Below, one piece after another: positions 51,073 through 64,000 of a stretch of 64,000 bases of DNA. The notes under the pieces were generated by a model that saw only the letters and a program-made list of their open reading frames with translations, was not told the origin of the DNA and made no database searches. Where the stretch lies: the NCBI GenBank assembly GCA_028534125.1, contig CM052816.1, positions 36,644,001-36,708,000 of the forward strand. Reading direction: 5' to 3'. The position numbers were made by a program, and so were the translations under genes. The number at the start of each line of letters is the position of its first letter. The first letter of the stretch is position 1. Source of the DNA: Lama glama. Its lineage: Eukaryota.

Positions 51073-51969
51073 ACATATAGGTGGCATGTGTCTTGCATAT
51101 TTAAGTATACACAAGATATACAATGATGGCTGCCCCTAGGATGGCTGTGGGTCTGTGGTGGAAAAATACTTTATTTACTCCTTTTTTTTTTGTAAATGTA
51201 TATAACCATGGGCATGGACTGCTATTTAATAAGAGTATAAAACCTTGAAACTAGTTGGTTACATTTATTTCCACAAGATTTTTATAGAATATGAAATTAT
51301 TGTGAAATACAGGGAAATGATTAAAATAACACAAAATCATCCTGTGTAATGTGAAGAGAAAGAAGCAAATGGAATCATCATTAGAGAATATTTAAGGGTA
51401 CAATGATCTAGAATTGCATTCTGTTGCTACAAGCCAAATTGTGGCCCTAAAGCAGGGTATAATTTTCTCACTGACCTCTTGATGTTTTGCAAAAATAAAA
51501 TGTGTGAGATAATTATAGTGGCTTCCAGTAATTAAATAGATTCCTAATTCCTAAATAAATCTTGTGTATTTTCAGTTCTCACCAGGATATAGTATCTATT
51601 TGAACACCATGGCAAAGCTCAGAGGACTTTTTTTTTTCAAAATCCAATCTATTTTTTTCTTTAGGCCAGAAGGCTATCATAAAATCAAATACTGTAGGAC
51701 AAGCTTCACTAATTATTTGTTAGAATATAAGCTTCTGGTATGGAAGCAGCTATTCCTGGCTGGTTCACTGTGATACTCTATTAGCTGCAGTTGTGCCTGG
51801 CATGTTATGAGGATACAATAACTATTTGTTAAAGAAATGGATTAATGAAGAAAAGATCACAACTTGACAGGTATTCTCATACTCTGGTATTGGTGTACAA
51901 ATTAGCATAAACCTTTTCTCAGGGTGAGGCTTTTTAACAAAACAAAGTTAAAATAAGTATACTTCTTGA

Positions 51970-52300
51970 TTTTTTTTAAATTGACATCTAGTCAGTTAAT
52001 GTGTCAATTTCTGGTATACAGCATAATGTTTCAGTCATGCATATCTATCTATCTACCCACATACATTTGTTTTCATATTCTTTTTCATTAAAGGTTATTA
52101 CAAGATATTGAATATAGTTCCCTGTGCTATATAGAAGAAATTTGTTTTTTATGGGTAACCTTTGCAAATTTCAAACTCCCAGATTTATCCCTTTCCACCC
52201 CTTTTCCCCGGTTACCATAACATTGTTTACTATGTCTGTGAGTCTGTTTCTATTTTGTAGATGAGTTCATTAGTGTCTTTTTTCTTTTTTTTTATCTCTG
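51970..52300 (-). mobile_element. Short camelid-type L1 3' end
   Basis: Reverse complement of the L1 3'UTR at ~7985-8310. Confidence 0.92.
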
Positions 52301-53859
52301 TTTTTTTGATTGTAGCTGTGTTTTCCTGCACAGCTTTCCAAGTCCTGCAAAAGCTGGTATCTGATTTTTGTGTTCATTTCTTTGCCACTTGTTCCAATTC
52401 ATAGCAGACACCTAACAATTATGTGTTTTTTGGGTGATGTATCTAAAACTAAGCTATCAGAGATATCTCAGAAATAGAGTCAAAGATGGAGTAACTAGAC
52501 AGAAATTTTAAATAAAAGGGTTGGACAAATTACTGCTAATAATATTTTAAAATATTTTACTAGGCGTTATATTTGAGAAGTGGCTCGGGGCTCAATACTT
52601 TGCTGAAAGTGCTTTGAGCTCATCCTGCTTTATTGTATACATATAGGAAAGGTGAAGATGGGTGTCAGCTTCTTTTGTACTTTTGTACTTCCTCTGGCAA
52701 TCTAAACAGCATAGCCATCTCCATGTCTTTTGTGTTAGGTAATGCTGATGACTAAGATCATTATGCAGATGTGTGAGTCTGCAAAAATCAATATCTAACA
52801 AGCAACCCCTTTTTCCTGTCTCCTGCCTTGTGAACATAAAATGAGTTTTATTTCATTGGACAATGCAACTCCTATTGTGCACACTGTGTGTAATTCTATT
52901 TGTTTGTCTCATAGTCTGTCCTTTGGTCAAGTGAAACTATCTTATTTTAAACTGATGGTAGTTTACATTGCTTTCTATGTTGTAATGCAAGGCATGATTT
53001 CATATTGAATTTTCAAACTATTTAGCAAATCTTAAACTTGGTAGAGACTGTGACTTTTATAACTGATTTTTTAAAAACAGTGCTTCACTCAAAAAAAGTA
53101 ATCCCCCTATGCTTTTTTTGGTGACATTGATAAGTTAGTAAAGATCTTGAAGTAGTTTTGGAAATAAAATGTAACAGAGCTTTTATATAGGATTACTTGT
53201 GGGGAGTCAATTTAACTTTGCTGACATTTATGCAAACGGTATTTCCCAGTGTTCTGCTGTTAGAAGACACAGAAAGGATGAGGTACTCAAAGAGCCATAA
53301 CCAAAGAGAAAAGTGAGAGCCCTGAGTGCTCATCCAGCCTTCTGTGCCAGCACTTCAGAAAGGCTTTGGTGAGTTGACAGATGATAAAGTTATGATTGAG
53401 TAAAAAGTGACCCACATGACATTTTTTCTATTATTTTTAAAGTCTAAGAAGACCTGTATAATTGAAATATTCATTTAAAATTTTTTGAACTTTCTGAGTA
53501 AGAAGGAAACATAGACTATAATTTAAATATTCCTTGACCTCCTGCTTTCAAAGAGGTTAAAGCACACCAATATTAAAGTAAAAATCTAGTTCCAAATAAT
53601 TATAGTCCTTGGGCTTGTGAGAGGGTAATATCTTGAAAGGCATTAACTATAATAGATGTGTGATAACTGCCATTTGACTGACACTCAGGTACCACTTGAA
53701 GGACTTCTCCAAGGACAGAGGATTCTTTCTATCATAAAAAGCTGGGTGCCCCCAAAGGAGGAAAGAGTAAGTGTTCTTGAGAAGATATTTATTTGAATAT
53801 GTTTTGAGCAGGGAATTATAAGAGAAATCATTTTACTATTAAGATTAAGTTCATATGAT

Positions 53860-54050
53860 AAAAATATTTATAGAGCTTTTACAATTTGTCAGACAATTTA
53901 TACATATAAAAACTTCCTTAATTCTCCAAAGAACCATATGATGTAATTATACAAATAAAGAGCCTAGGGCTTAGAAAGGTTAAACATTTCCCAAAAGTTC
54001 TACCTCTAGTAAATGGTAAGGCTTAGATTCAAATATAGGCAATTAGATGG
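53860..54050 (-). mobile_element. MIR SINE
   Basis: tacaaataaagagcctagggcttagaaaggttaa..cccaaaagt..ctagtaaatgg..gattcaaat. Confidence 0.65.
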
Positions 54051-57000
54051 AACATAGTAAGTTATAAAAAGTAAAGATAAATTTCTACTGAAAATATTTT
54101 TCTTTTAAAATTCTGAATGCACAAGTGATACATGAAAATATTATTTGAGTTCCTATTTTACCTATTTTAAATAAGTTCTCTCAATTATAAGAATTATTTA
54201 TCTTGTTGATCAGATATTATTAATGGCATGTAGATAAAAATAATTTCAAATTATCATGTGTTTTGCCTCTTAAGAGATATGCAATTATTAATAGTGAAGT
54301 ACAGGAAGCCATTTGATAAACAGAGGCCTTTGTACTATACAAATTGCACATACAATTTCTCTTATTTGTCCTTGTGATTCATAAAAAAAAATTAGGTGTA
54401 AAAAAGGCAGATTTTTATGTTTAATATTTAATACAGACTATTTTAATTACTTAAGAAGAAATGTGTCCTTAATGATATATTTAACATAGTACTTGCTATA
54501 TAGAATTTGGTTAATGCATTAACAATTAAATTAACTATTAAATCTAAGATTGCATAGATATTAAATAGATATGCAAAGGTATTTAAAACTAAAACTATAC
54601 TTGAGGCATTATATAAAGTGTGGACAACTAATTCTGATGTTTTTCATATGAGGTAAAATAAATATTATCAATAATTGATTTTTATTCTGCATTATATTTC
54701 AAATTTAGTTTATGACAGACTCAATTTGCATATTGATTTCATTTTACATTGATCAATTATTTATAACATGAAAATATATTTGGACTAAAAGAAGCAAAAA
54801 GTTAACACAATCAAATGCATTATCTTTTTCAACAAATACTTGATGAAAAATTAGGGCTCAAGGCACAATGCTTACCTTTGCTAATTCCAAAAATATATTA
54901 TTTAAAATGTATATCCTAATGGAAGCTATTTGGGGAGAAATAAGTATATATAAAAAATAAATGAGACTTTTCAAAAGTTTATGGAAGTTATAAATGATTT
55001 GTGAGTTATCAGTTTTGGGGAGACACAGACAAGGGAGACAGGGTTCTGGTCCTGAAGGAGTCCATTTTGTTAGAAGGTAACAATCAGTTAAAATAAAAAC
55101 CAAGCAGATTAAAATCACAAGATACTATGACAGTTATGAGAAGGTAAGTGCCTTCTGTAGTAAGATAGTGCCTTCTGTCACATGTGGACACGAGAAGACC
55201 TGTGAAAGCAAAGCATCAAGAAGATAATGAGGTAGGATTTAATTGCTGGTACACTTGTGTTTGTTTTGCATATGTAAAATGTATTACTTAATAATTTTTA
55301 TTAGCTGCATGCTTATGAAACAGATAAAAAACAATGTGAATGTTTAATTCAAAGGGTTTTTAATGAGCCTTGAAATTGGTGCTTAATTCCCCCCCCACAC
55401 TTTACTCGTACCTCTTGTTAAGAGCACCTGGATTCCTAGTCACGGCAATGTTTTAGAAACTCAATACATTATGTAATGGATTATAAAGCTATAAATAACA
55501 TCATAAATAAAACCAATCTAATTATATCACTACAGAGCCTAAGAATCCATTCGTAAACTTCCAAAAGATCCAGCTGAAGAGACATATGTTTTCCTTAAAA
55601 TAATGAAGTATAGAATGTGTGAAATTTATTTTGCAAGCAAGCCTGAGATTTTGTGTATGTCAAACTTGGGAGAGGCTATATGTTTTCCATGAAAGAAGGA
55701 TTACTTTCAATAAAATTAGAAGCAGAAAAGTTTCAAGCTTATTTCAGTCATGAGTATACCATAGCTAAAAATCCAAGTTTTATATCTAGTATTCAAAAAG
55801 AGTGTTTCAAATTGGAGGAATTTCAGATATTTGTTTAAACATGGATGTTAAATCACTCTGAGATTTTCTTGGATAATAAACAATAATGGCATATACAGAT
55901 GTCAGCCTGAGAATTAGTAACTGTGTCTGTCCTATTAATAATGTGAATACTTGATGACCTGGATTCCACTTACATGGAAAAATAAAAGAAATAATGAAAA
56001 CTAGATTCACCTCTTGCCTATCCTTTATGTAAATATGATTCACATTACTTGGAGCTTCAAACTCCATTACAAAGGGGAAGTAGGATTTGGAGCTTTCTTG
56101 TAAGCAGTAATGCAGATAGCAGGGTTAAGTCTGGAAGTATTAACCTGTATGTTTCCTGTATATTTTTCTTCAGATCATCCAGCATTTCATTGGAACTTTA
56201 AGCTCCTTTCATCCTTTCTCTCACCAGAATCCACAAATAAGTACTTAGAGAAAGCTTTGGCCTAAGTGATAAACTGGAATATTCTATTGTGTACTTGGAG
56301 AGCAAGTTTTTCTCCATCCAAAGATAATTTTAGATCTGTGGTATAATGGGAGAGAAAGGGTACTGATTGCATAGGGGAGATCCAGAATGAAAGGAAAGAG
56401 TAGAGAATCCATCATTGACATGACCAAGGACAGAAGTTACAGAATATTACTAATTCTGGATCCTCATCTATTCCCAGCCTCTGGGTCACTTGCCATTTAG
56501 CAGTATGAGCCACTAGGTTCATCTGAATGTGAACAGGTGGTTTTGGACATTCCATATGGCAGTAGGATGTAAGAGAAACGTTTCCTCAATCCTGTTCCAT
56601 AGCAGAATTAAATAAATCTAGTTTGGAATTTCCCTGTAAGTTAGGTCAGTGTTGGACCATCTGCCATTTAATATTTACCATTCGTATTACTCGTTAGTTC
56701 CAAATATGTGTGGCCTTTCACTTAACAAAGTGTTCATATGTATTTTTTAAATACTTTACTTTTCTAGATAGCCTGACATAGTCCAGTCATCTGGATGTTC
56801 TCCTCAAACCACCCCTCCACCCCTGCAAAAAAGAGAGGACAATCTCTTTAAAAACATTTTTTTTCCTATGAATAAAAATCAGCAAGGGATTCTTATTTAA
56901 TATTTTTATGACATTCACTATTAGTTCATGACTTTCAGAATGTGAAGTATCAGCTTTCAAAAAATCACATGAGAATACCACTTCAAAAGATGAGTTACTT

Positions 57001-59859
57001 GTTTTTCAGGTACTGTTATTGATATTCAAAATGTCAGTGTATTTATGTATGTTCATCTCTTCTTCAGAGTAATGATACTTACACTATTCTTCAGGGAACT
57101 TAAGTAGGAGGATTTGTAAGTTTCATAATTGACTCCAAATTTCATTTTTAGAGGAATTTTATACTCAGACATGTTTTATTTAACATCTCAGAATGGCAAG
57201 TGTATGGGTATTCCTGTATCACCAAGGTATCAATGGAACTTATTAATTTATAGCAATGTGCAGAGAGGAGGGAAAAAAAAGACCTTGGATAGATTTTAGG
57301 TAGTAGGAAATGAGGAATACATTTTAACAGCAATTTAAATATTACACAGGATTTAGTTTGTGGTTATTATCCTAAGACAACTTCGTTAAAGGAAAATAAC
57401 TTTTCCAAGTCTTTATAGATCAGTAGACTTGGTATCATAGAGTGGAAGATCCTCTGAAAACAATATGGTGCATGGCCCCAAATCAAAATATGTAATCACA
57501 ATCTCTGATTGGGTAACCCCACTTTGGGAAATTTTATTTAAGGAAATAATTATCCAAAAATAGAATCCAATACACTCAGCAAAGTTTGTTAAAACTTTAG
57601 TTTATAAAATCATAAAATCATAAAAGTGAAGATCTTATGTCTAAGAAGGTGTTTAAAGGTTATGATGTATCAGCTAAAGGGAATGTTATGTAGATATTAA
57701 AAATAACAAATATGAAGGAGAAAGGAAAATTTTCATGCAAAAGCACAGAATTAGACTTTTTAAAATTGGTATTTATAAAATTACATAAGGCTAAAGTGGT
57801 ATAGAAAGAAAGATATAGTTATTTGATTAGAGCCAGCAAAATTGTATTGAATGTGAATTGTATTGAATATATTGTACTGAGTCAAATACATATGATTAGG
57901 GGCTGAAACAAATTTATATCAATTTCACCCCTTCAGAAAATAAGTCTAGCAGTAGTGTTAGAATCAAATTACTGGTATTTTATTTTTTTAATTATTTTAA
58001 TGTTTTTATATTTTTATTAAAATGTTATTTTAAATGAATAGGAATTCTATGTTAAATATAATATTTAACCATTATATAAATCAAATATTACGAATTTAAC
58101 CATTACCTTTTTCCTCTATCCATCTAAGAAAGACAACACAATTTTATACTTCTGGTTCAAATATTTTTTTCCTTAATGAGGCTAGGCATACAGTAGGAAA
58201 CTGATAAAGATCTTGTTGACAAATGGAAATTGCTAGGAATTAAAATTAGCCTGCTTATACTAATCAATACTTGGAAGACATTGAGGTATACACATTCATT
58301 AGAAAATCATTACTGCACATAAAAGATGTATTTGAAGCCACACTAATGTAAAACTCTAACAGATATGTTTATTGCACGTCTTAATAGGTGAAGAGTGAAA
58401 AGGAAGGAGTCATTAGTGCAGTGTTGTTAAGTGTGGTAAATGGACCACTGCAATTCTCTGAGGTCTGTCACGGTTTTCTGCAGATCGAGCTGCTTCTCTT
58501 TGTGATGGCAAAAGGTAGAAGTGGGAAGAAACAGTTTTCTTTATCTGTGTTTCCCAAATTTGATACGTGAAATATATTTTCCATTCAGATTTCATTCAAT
58601 CTTGTTAAATTCTTAACAATCTCTACTTTCTTAAGGATTTCCCATGAACTACAGAATCATATTGTTGGGTTCGTCTGTTATCGTTCATTGAACAAGGCTC
58701 AGTGATTTTGGTCAGAGTGTTGCACAAGATTTGCTTTTTATTGTTTGTATTTAATAATTAGTCATATATCACATTTTATTGCTACTGCTCTAAGATATGA
58801 ATCAATGGCTCAAAAATGGTTTATTTAAAGTTGTTGGGATAAACAGAGTAATATGAAAAATGCATTCAGAGTGGTGTATGTAGGAACTGAATGCACATAT
58901 AGAATGTGCAGACCATGTGTTGGGAAAACTCTAATTTCACAGAAGCAGCCATCAAAGATAAACATCCTTTTGAAAGTAAAATGTTTAAGGTTGAATATTT
59001 TAAAAGTGGATATTACTGAACAGTTTCTTTGTCTTAAAAATGCATCTCAAAGAGTAACATAAAACCACTTGAGATTTTCATCATTTTAAATTAAATACAA
59101 GCAACTTCACTGGAATACAGTTGATATTTACACAACAAACATCAAATAATGTTTTCGACTATATTGATTGACATGTTCTATTTTTTCAGGCATTATTATA
59201 TATTATATATGTTTATAATATTATTCCAAATTATATTATTGATGTTACATATGTGATCATGCTGCTTTTTATTGTACAAGTGATTGATTAGTTATTAAAT
59301 ATGAGGAAGAGAATACAGTTACAGAGGCTTTATGTACATTTTTATTCTTTTGAGGGAAAGAAGGTAAAAAAATATTTTTTTGCAAAAAGTATATAAAACT
59401 AATTTGAAATCAGTTGCAAATAATACACTCAGAAAGAAACAGAAGTAGCTGTTAGAAAATATTCTTTATATAAATGCAATCTTGACAATGTTATTAAATC
59501 AATGGCAAATGATGGAAAAAATGTCATTTACTATTATATGAACCTATCACCTATTTGCTTTTTTTCGGTGATTGATATCACTGCAGTACACAGTGTATTT
59601 ACACATGTGTGTGCACACAAAGCATATCTACACATCATATATATATATACACACATGTATGCAAATATCTATGTGTATATCTATATTTGAAGGAGAATTG
59701 TTCTCCTTGTTAATGAAATTATGTGCATTATAAAGAGGAGATTTCTCATTTTATCACCTAGGCAGTAACTTAGAAGAGGATAAAAAAAATGATAGAATTT
59801 TATGAGTGTTGAAGAAGTGTTTAAGCATAAAGGTAGGACTTTTCAATATTCTCAGTGTT

Positions 59860-61055
59860 TTGGCCTTAGAAAAGTAAACCCCACTACCCCATATCCTCTG
59901 ATAGTTATTACCCTATCAATCAAGTATTTGCTAATTCATTACTAAACTTCTCCAAAAATGGTGATATTTACTCTCCTCATTTCCTCACCTGTAACTTACT
60001 TCTCTACTAGTCCAATTTGGGTTCAGGCACAGTATTGACTCTGAAATAATTTTTGATAGGGAAACCAGTAAAAGGTATTCCTCTAAACCCATCAGGGATT
60101 GTCTAATAAGTATCTTAAGTTCTCAATAAGCATTTGAAGATAGACATTTTTTTACCTCTTTAAGCAATTTTTATTTGCTTTCCTCCGGAAATCTTTTCAC
60201 CTCATAATTTCTTGTTATATTATTAGATTTTAATTTTTTTAACTTTAATCTATCAATTTTGTCTCTTTTTGGAGGAATCATCAACTAATATGTCATTCCT
60301 CAAAACAAAGGTTTCACTGTTTTTCACCAGTGCTAATCATTACATATGTTTTGAAAATTACTTCCTTAAAATTTTGCTTCCATGATATACCATAATCCTG
60401 ATTTTCTATTTTTATCTTTTGTTATGTCCTTGCTTTTTCATTGGGAAATGCATCATTCTCTATTCAGCTGTTACATTTTTAGTTCATCAACATTTGTCTT
60501 AAATTATCTTCCTGTTTATTCTACATAGTGTCTCTAAAGTATTTCATCTAAGTTCAAAGCCTCAGTTGTTACTGATATACAAATGCTTAAAGAGTCCTGC
60601 CCAGACATAATTTTCTGCTCCAGGACTGTATACCCAATAGCCTCTTGCATTTTCAGGTAACAAAATCAGCATACCTCAAAATGAACCCATACCACACCCC
60701 ACCCCCATTGCCACCACCCTTTTCCTTTATTCCTTCTAACGGTAACAAGAACTACTATTTGTTACTGTGATAGTGAAAAATCTAAATGGTGTTCCATATG
60801 TTTCTTCTTCCATATTCCAGTATCTAATTTATCACTGTGCTCTGTAATTTACCTCTTAAACAGTTTCATGTCTCTGTTTTTCTTCAGCTCTATTTCCTTC
60901 TTCATGGTTCAAGCTATGAAATTCTCCTGCCTAAGGTAATGCAGCACTTTCTTAACTCTGTTCTGGTAGACAGTCTTACCCTGCCAAAACATTCTCCATA
61001 TTACAGAGTAATGGTTTCAAAGCAAATGTGCTTTCATTGCCATTTTCCTACTTAA
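59860..61055 (+). mobile_element. L2 LINE internal fragment
   Basis: Pyrimidine-rich L2 motifs (gcttccatgatatacca, cagcatacctcaaaatgaacc). Confidence 0.6.
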
Positions 61056-61059
61056 CCCC

Positions 61060-62190
61060 TTTATTTATTTTTTATCTAATAGGTTTTTATTGGGTGCCAG
61101 GTATGTGCCAGACATTGGTCTAGGTACAAAGAACAGTTGTAAGAAAATAGAAAAAAATATCGTCAGCTTAATAGAACTTGCATTCTGAAAAGAAAAACGT
61201 ACAGTATCAAATAAACATCAATATAAAATGAAATGTCAGGTAGCAATATATGTTTTGAAGAAAAATGAAGCAGGATATAGGGGTAAATACTAAGAAGTGG
61301 TGCTGTTTTATTTCTGTGGGCTTCTCTGTTAAGGGAAAATTTGAGAAAACTGACACTTAAGTGAGACGACAACAAAGAAGAATGTCTCAGTCAGTAGGAG
61401 CAGCGAGAGCAAGACCTTGGCAAGAAAAGCAAAAATCAAACTGTCAGCCAAAATGACTGGAGTGAGAAGGAGCATGGCGGTTTAGGTCTCAGAGAGCAGG
61501 GAATGGGAGAGGGTGGTACAGATCATGTAGAGTTTTTTTAAGGACAGTTATTTAAGCTAAGTGCAGTGTGAAACCATTGAATGGTTGAGAGTATGGAGCA
61601 ACAAGTTCTTGCTGATATTTTTAAAGCATTCTCTGTGACTGTTCATACATAAAAGATTATAGGAAGAGAAGAATGAAAGTAGTGAAACAGTTAGGAGGGT
61701 ATGAAATAATCCAGATGGAGAAGATACAAACTTGACATAGGTTGGAGCAATAAAGGAGAAAAAAGGTGGAAGGACTTAAAATATATTCTGATAGTAGAGC
61801 TCATAGGCTTTACTAATGTGTTAGTTAGGGGCTATGAGAGAAAGATAAGAGGTAAAGATGCCTATAAAACTTTTTCCAGAGTAATCAGGTGTATCCTTTT
61901 ACAGTATCTTGAGATGGAACTAAAAATACAGTTAAGGAAAGGTTCAGTAGTTTTGTACTGGAAATGCTAAGTTTGGGATACCTAGTGGGCATGAAAGAAC
62001 ATGCAGTCATGCATGTGAGAATACAGCTGAAGAATGACACTGGAACTAGAGATCTAAATTTGGCACTAGACAGCAAATAGTATTTCAAGCCATGGGACTA
62101 GATATGATCACACATAAACAGATTGTGAGTAAAGAAGATGCCAGAAGTCTGATTCAACCAGAACAGCCAGGGAGGTAGGAGGAAAGAAGG
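61060..62190 (-). mobile_element. L2 LINE 3' ~1.1 kb
   Basis: tttattgggtgccaggtatgtgccagacattggtctaggtac tail; atgctaagtttgggataccta and caaatagtatttcaagccatgggactagat. Confidence 0.82.
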
Positions 62191-63919
62191 CCTTTTAATG
62201 ACCTCTTAATACATACCTATTTAAATAAATAAAAGTACCTATTTATAATAATTCGTAAATAAATTGGTTTGCATATAAATTGCAATCCACAGTGAATTTT
62301 GTCACAGAGAACAAGACCTTTTTCTCATTTTTTTTTGTTCTTCATTTTTATGAAAGACACCCACTATTGATCCGAGTCAAGCAAACCAGGAACTTAGGAC
62401 AGTCTTTTGACATCAGACTCTCTGATGAAGCACTGGATGTTTCCCAGAAAAATAAATCTCTCCATAATATTCATTTCCACATTTAATACCAACATATATA
62501 ATTATTTGAAAGAGACAGTGAATATGTGTATCCATTTCAGATAAGACATAAGACATGTAATTATGATTTAGGGTTTTGTAAGACAGGAAACTATCTGGTT
62601 TGCAAACTTTCCTATAACTGTAGCTCTTATCATTATATTAGAGCTGGATGCATTAGTGTAAGATACAAACAGTATCATTTCTGTTACCGATATAGAACTA
62701 TTATTATTAACGATTTCATGTTTTGCATTCAACTGCAACATATTTCTCTTTCTTAATTTAACTAAATTTTATGGTCCATGTGTGTTCCAAATGTCTACTC
62801 AATGGTCTGCAGATGCCAAGAGTTTGAGAAATGGTCCATTAATGAGTAGCCTGAATCTATAAACCAACTATTTCGAATATATGCCAGTAGTTAGTACCAA
62901 AAATAGTATTTATCTGTTTTCTTAGCGTACACTCTTTGTTCTTAGAAAAAAGCGAAGTGTGTGATGGTTGAGAAAGATAGATAATTCTCTTTCAGGGCCC
63001 AAATGTCATTTGTATTTTCTGTCTAATGCTGGATACATTTAATTGACAATATACAATAGGTCACAGCTTAATCATGGGGATTATAGTAATATTTTATTCC
63101 TGCTCCATCAAAGCATGTTTTTAACATAAATATATTTTTAACAATTATTTTAAAAGGTGTCAAAAGCCTTTTGAAAATACTTTGTATGATGTAATTTTAC
63201 ACCCTTCTGTGAGAAATAAGTTTGTTTTGTTCTTAAGCATGTCAAGACATAGACTTCCTTCTATAACCTTAGGAAAATGAGAATAAGAAGTCAAAGAAAA
63301 TATTCATGTGTATTTGGATTTAGGCTCTTCCTTCCTTGAAGAGAGTTGCAAGAATGGCCTTAGAGATTTTCCCCTGAGCTTCTTTGATACTATGCTGTAA
63401 TGTGTTGAAGTCATACCCATTTTTAACTCCTAAACTGTTTTTAATTAGGCAGGCTTGAAATTCTTGAAATAAAACATGTCTTCAGATCTTTGTATTCTTA
63501 AAGTTGAGAAGAAAAACTGGCAGTAACTGGAGGGGACCTTGCATCCCTATAAACCACTTATTATTTTATGGGATTTCATTGTGATAAGAAAAATGGAGGG
63601 CATGTTTAGCAAACAGAGAAACTTCATCAGAATCTCTGATTAAGTTAGTGATGAGGCTGTTTAAGAAAACAGAATACAAAGGAGCCTCTCAATTTATGCA
63701 GTGGACTTACATTTTACCCAAAACTGCTTTCTAAGGACAAAATATTTTGCTTTCATTTTGATGCTTCCTGAGTCTCCCAGTCCTGCTTTTGATTAGGTTT
63801 TCCAAGATAAAAGCATATTACTGAAATTGTCAGACACAAAGAATGAAAGAAAAGATCCCATTTCTTGTATTTTCCTTTCCAGAAGATCCAGGCAGCTGCT
63901 AGTCACTATATTTCAAGTA

Positions 63920-63969
63920 TAGAAAGAAAAAGAAAGAAGGAAGGAAGGAAGGAAGGAAGGAAGGAAGGA

Positions 63970-64000
<31 letters not shown>
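63920..64000. repeat. (GGAA)n(GAAA)n microsatellite
   Basis: Directly visible; runs off the window end. Confidence 0.97.

Noticed and set aside
58388..58570. Plus-strand 60-aa ORF preceded by an AG
   Set aside because: No recognisable protein similarity, weak pyrimidine tract and no partner exons found.
59860..62190. Convergent L2 pair as a possible hairpin/miRNA source
   Set aside because: The plus-strand copy lacks its 3' tail and I see no compact complementary stem at the junction.

Overview
This is AT-rich mammalian genomic DNA, most likely camelid (a Vic-1-type tRNA-derived SINE at 3234-3379 and camelid/cetartiodactyl-type L1 3' ends). It is dense in interspersed repeats (L1, L2, L3/CR1, MIR, ERV1/ERVL/MaLR LTRs, Tigger and hAT MITEs) and has one 100-N assembly gap. 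I found no intact protein-coding gene; the ORF-track entries are L1 fragments or chance ORFs. The main unannotated signal is a decayed multi-exon gene on the minus strand (about 28649 to 1400). It has about 12 exon-like blocks with mostly canonical splice signals and mostly matching phases, and it translates, with stops and frameshifts, to a leucine-rich-repeat + LRR-cap + IQ + charged-tail protein resembling LRRIQ3. About 2.3 kb upstream, in the same orientation, is an old ERV1 LTR+leader that is the only CpG-island-like segment in the window and carries a perfect AG|GTAAGT donor, making it a candidate co-opted promoter and first exon. Other notable items are an L1 insertion with an apparent 3' transduction inside the terminal pseudo-exon and an L1 with several internal deletions that keeps both ends. 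Repeat family names and protein similarities come from recalled sequences and need database confirmation.
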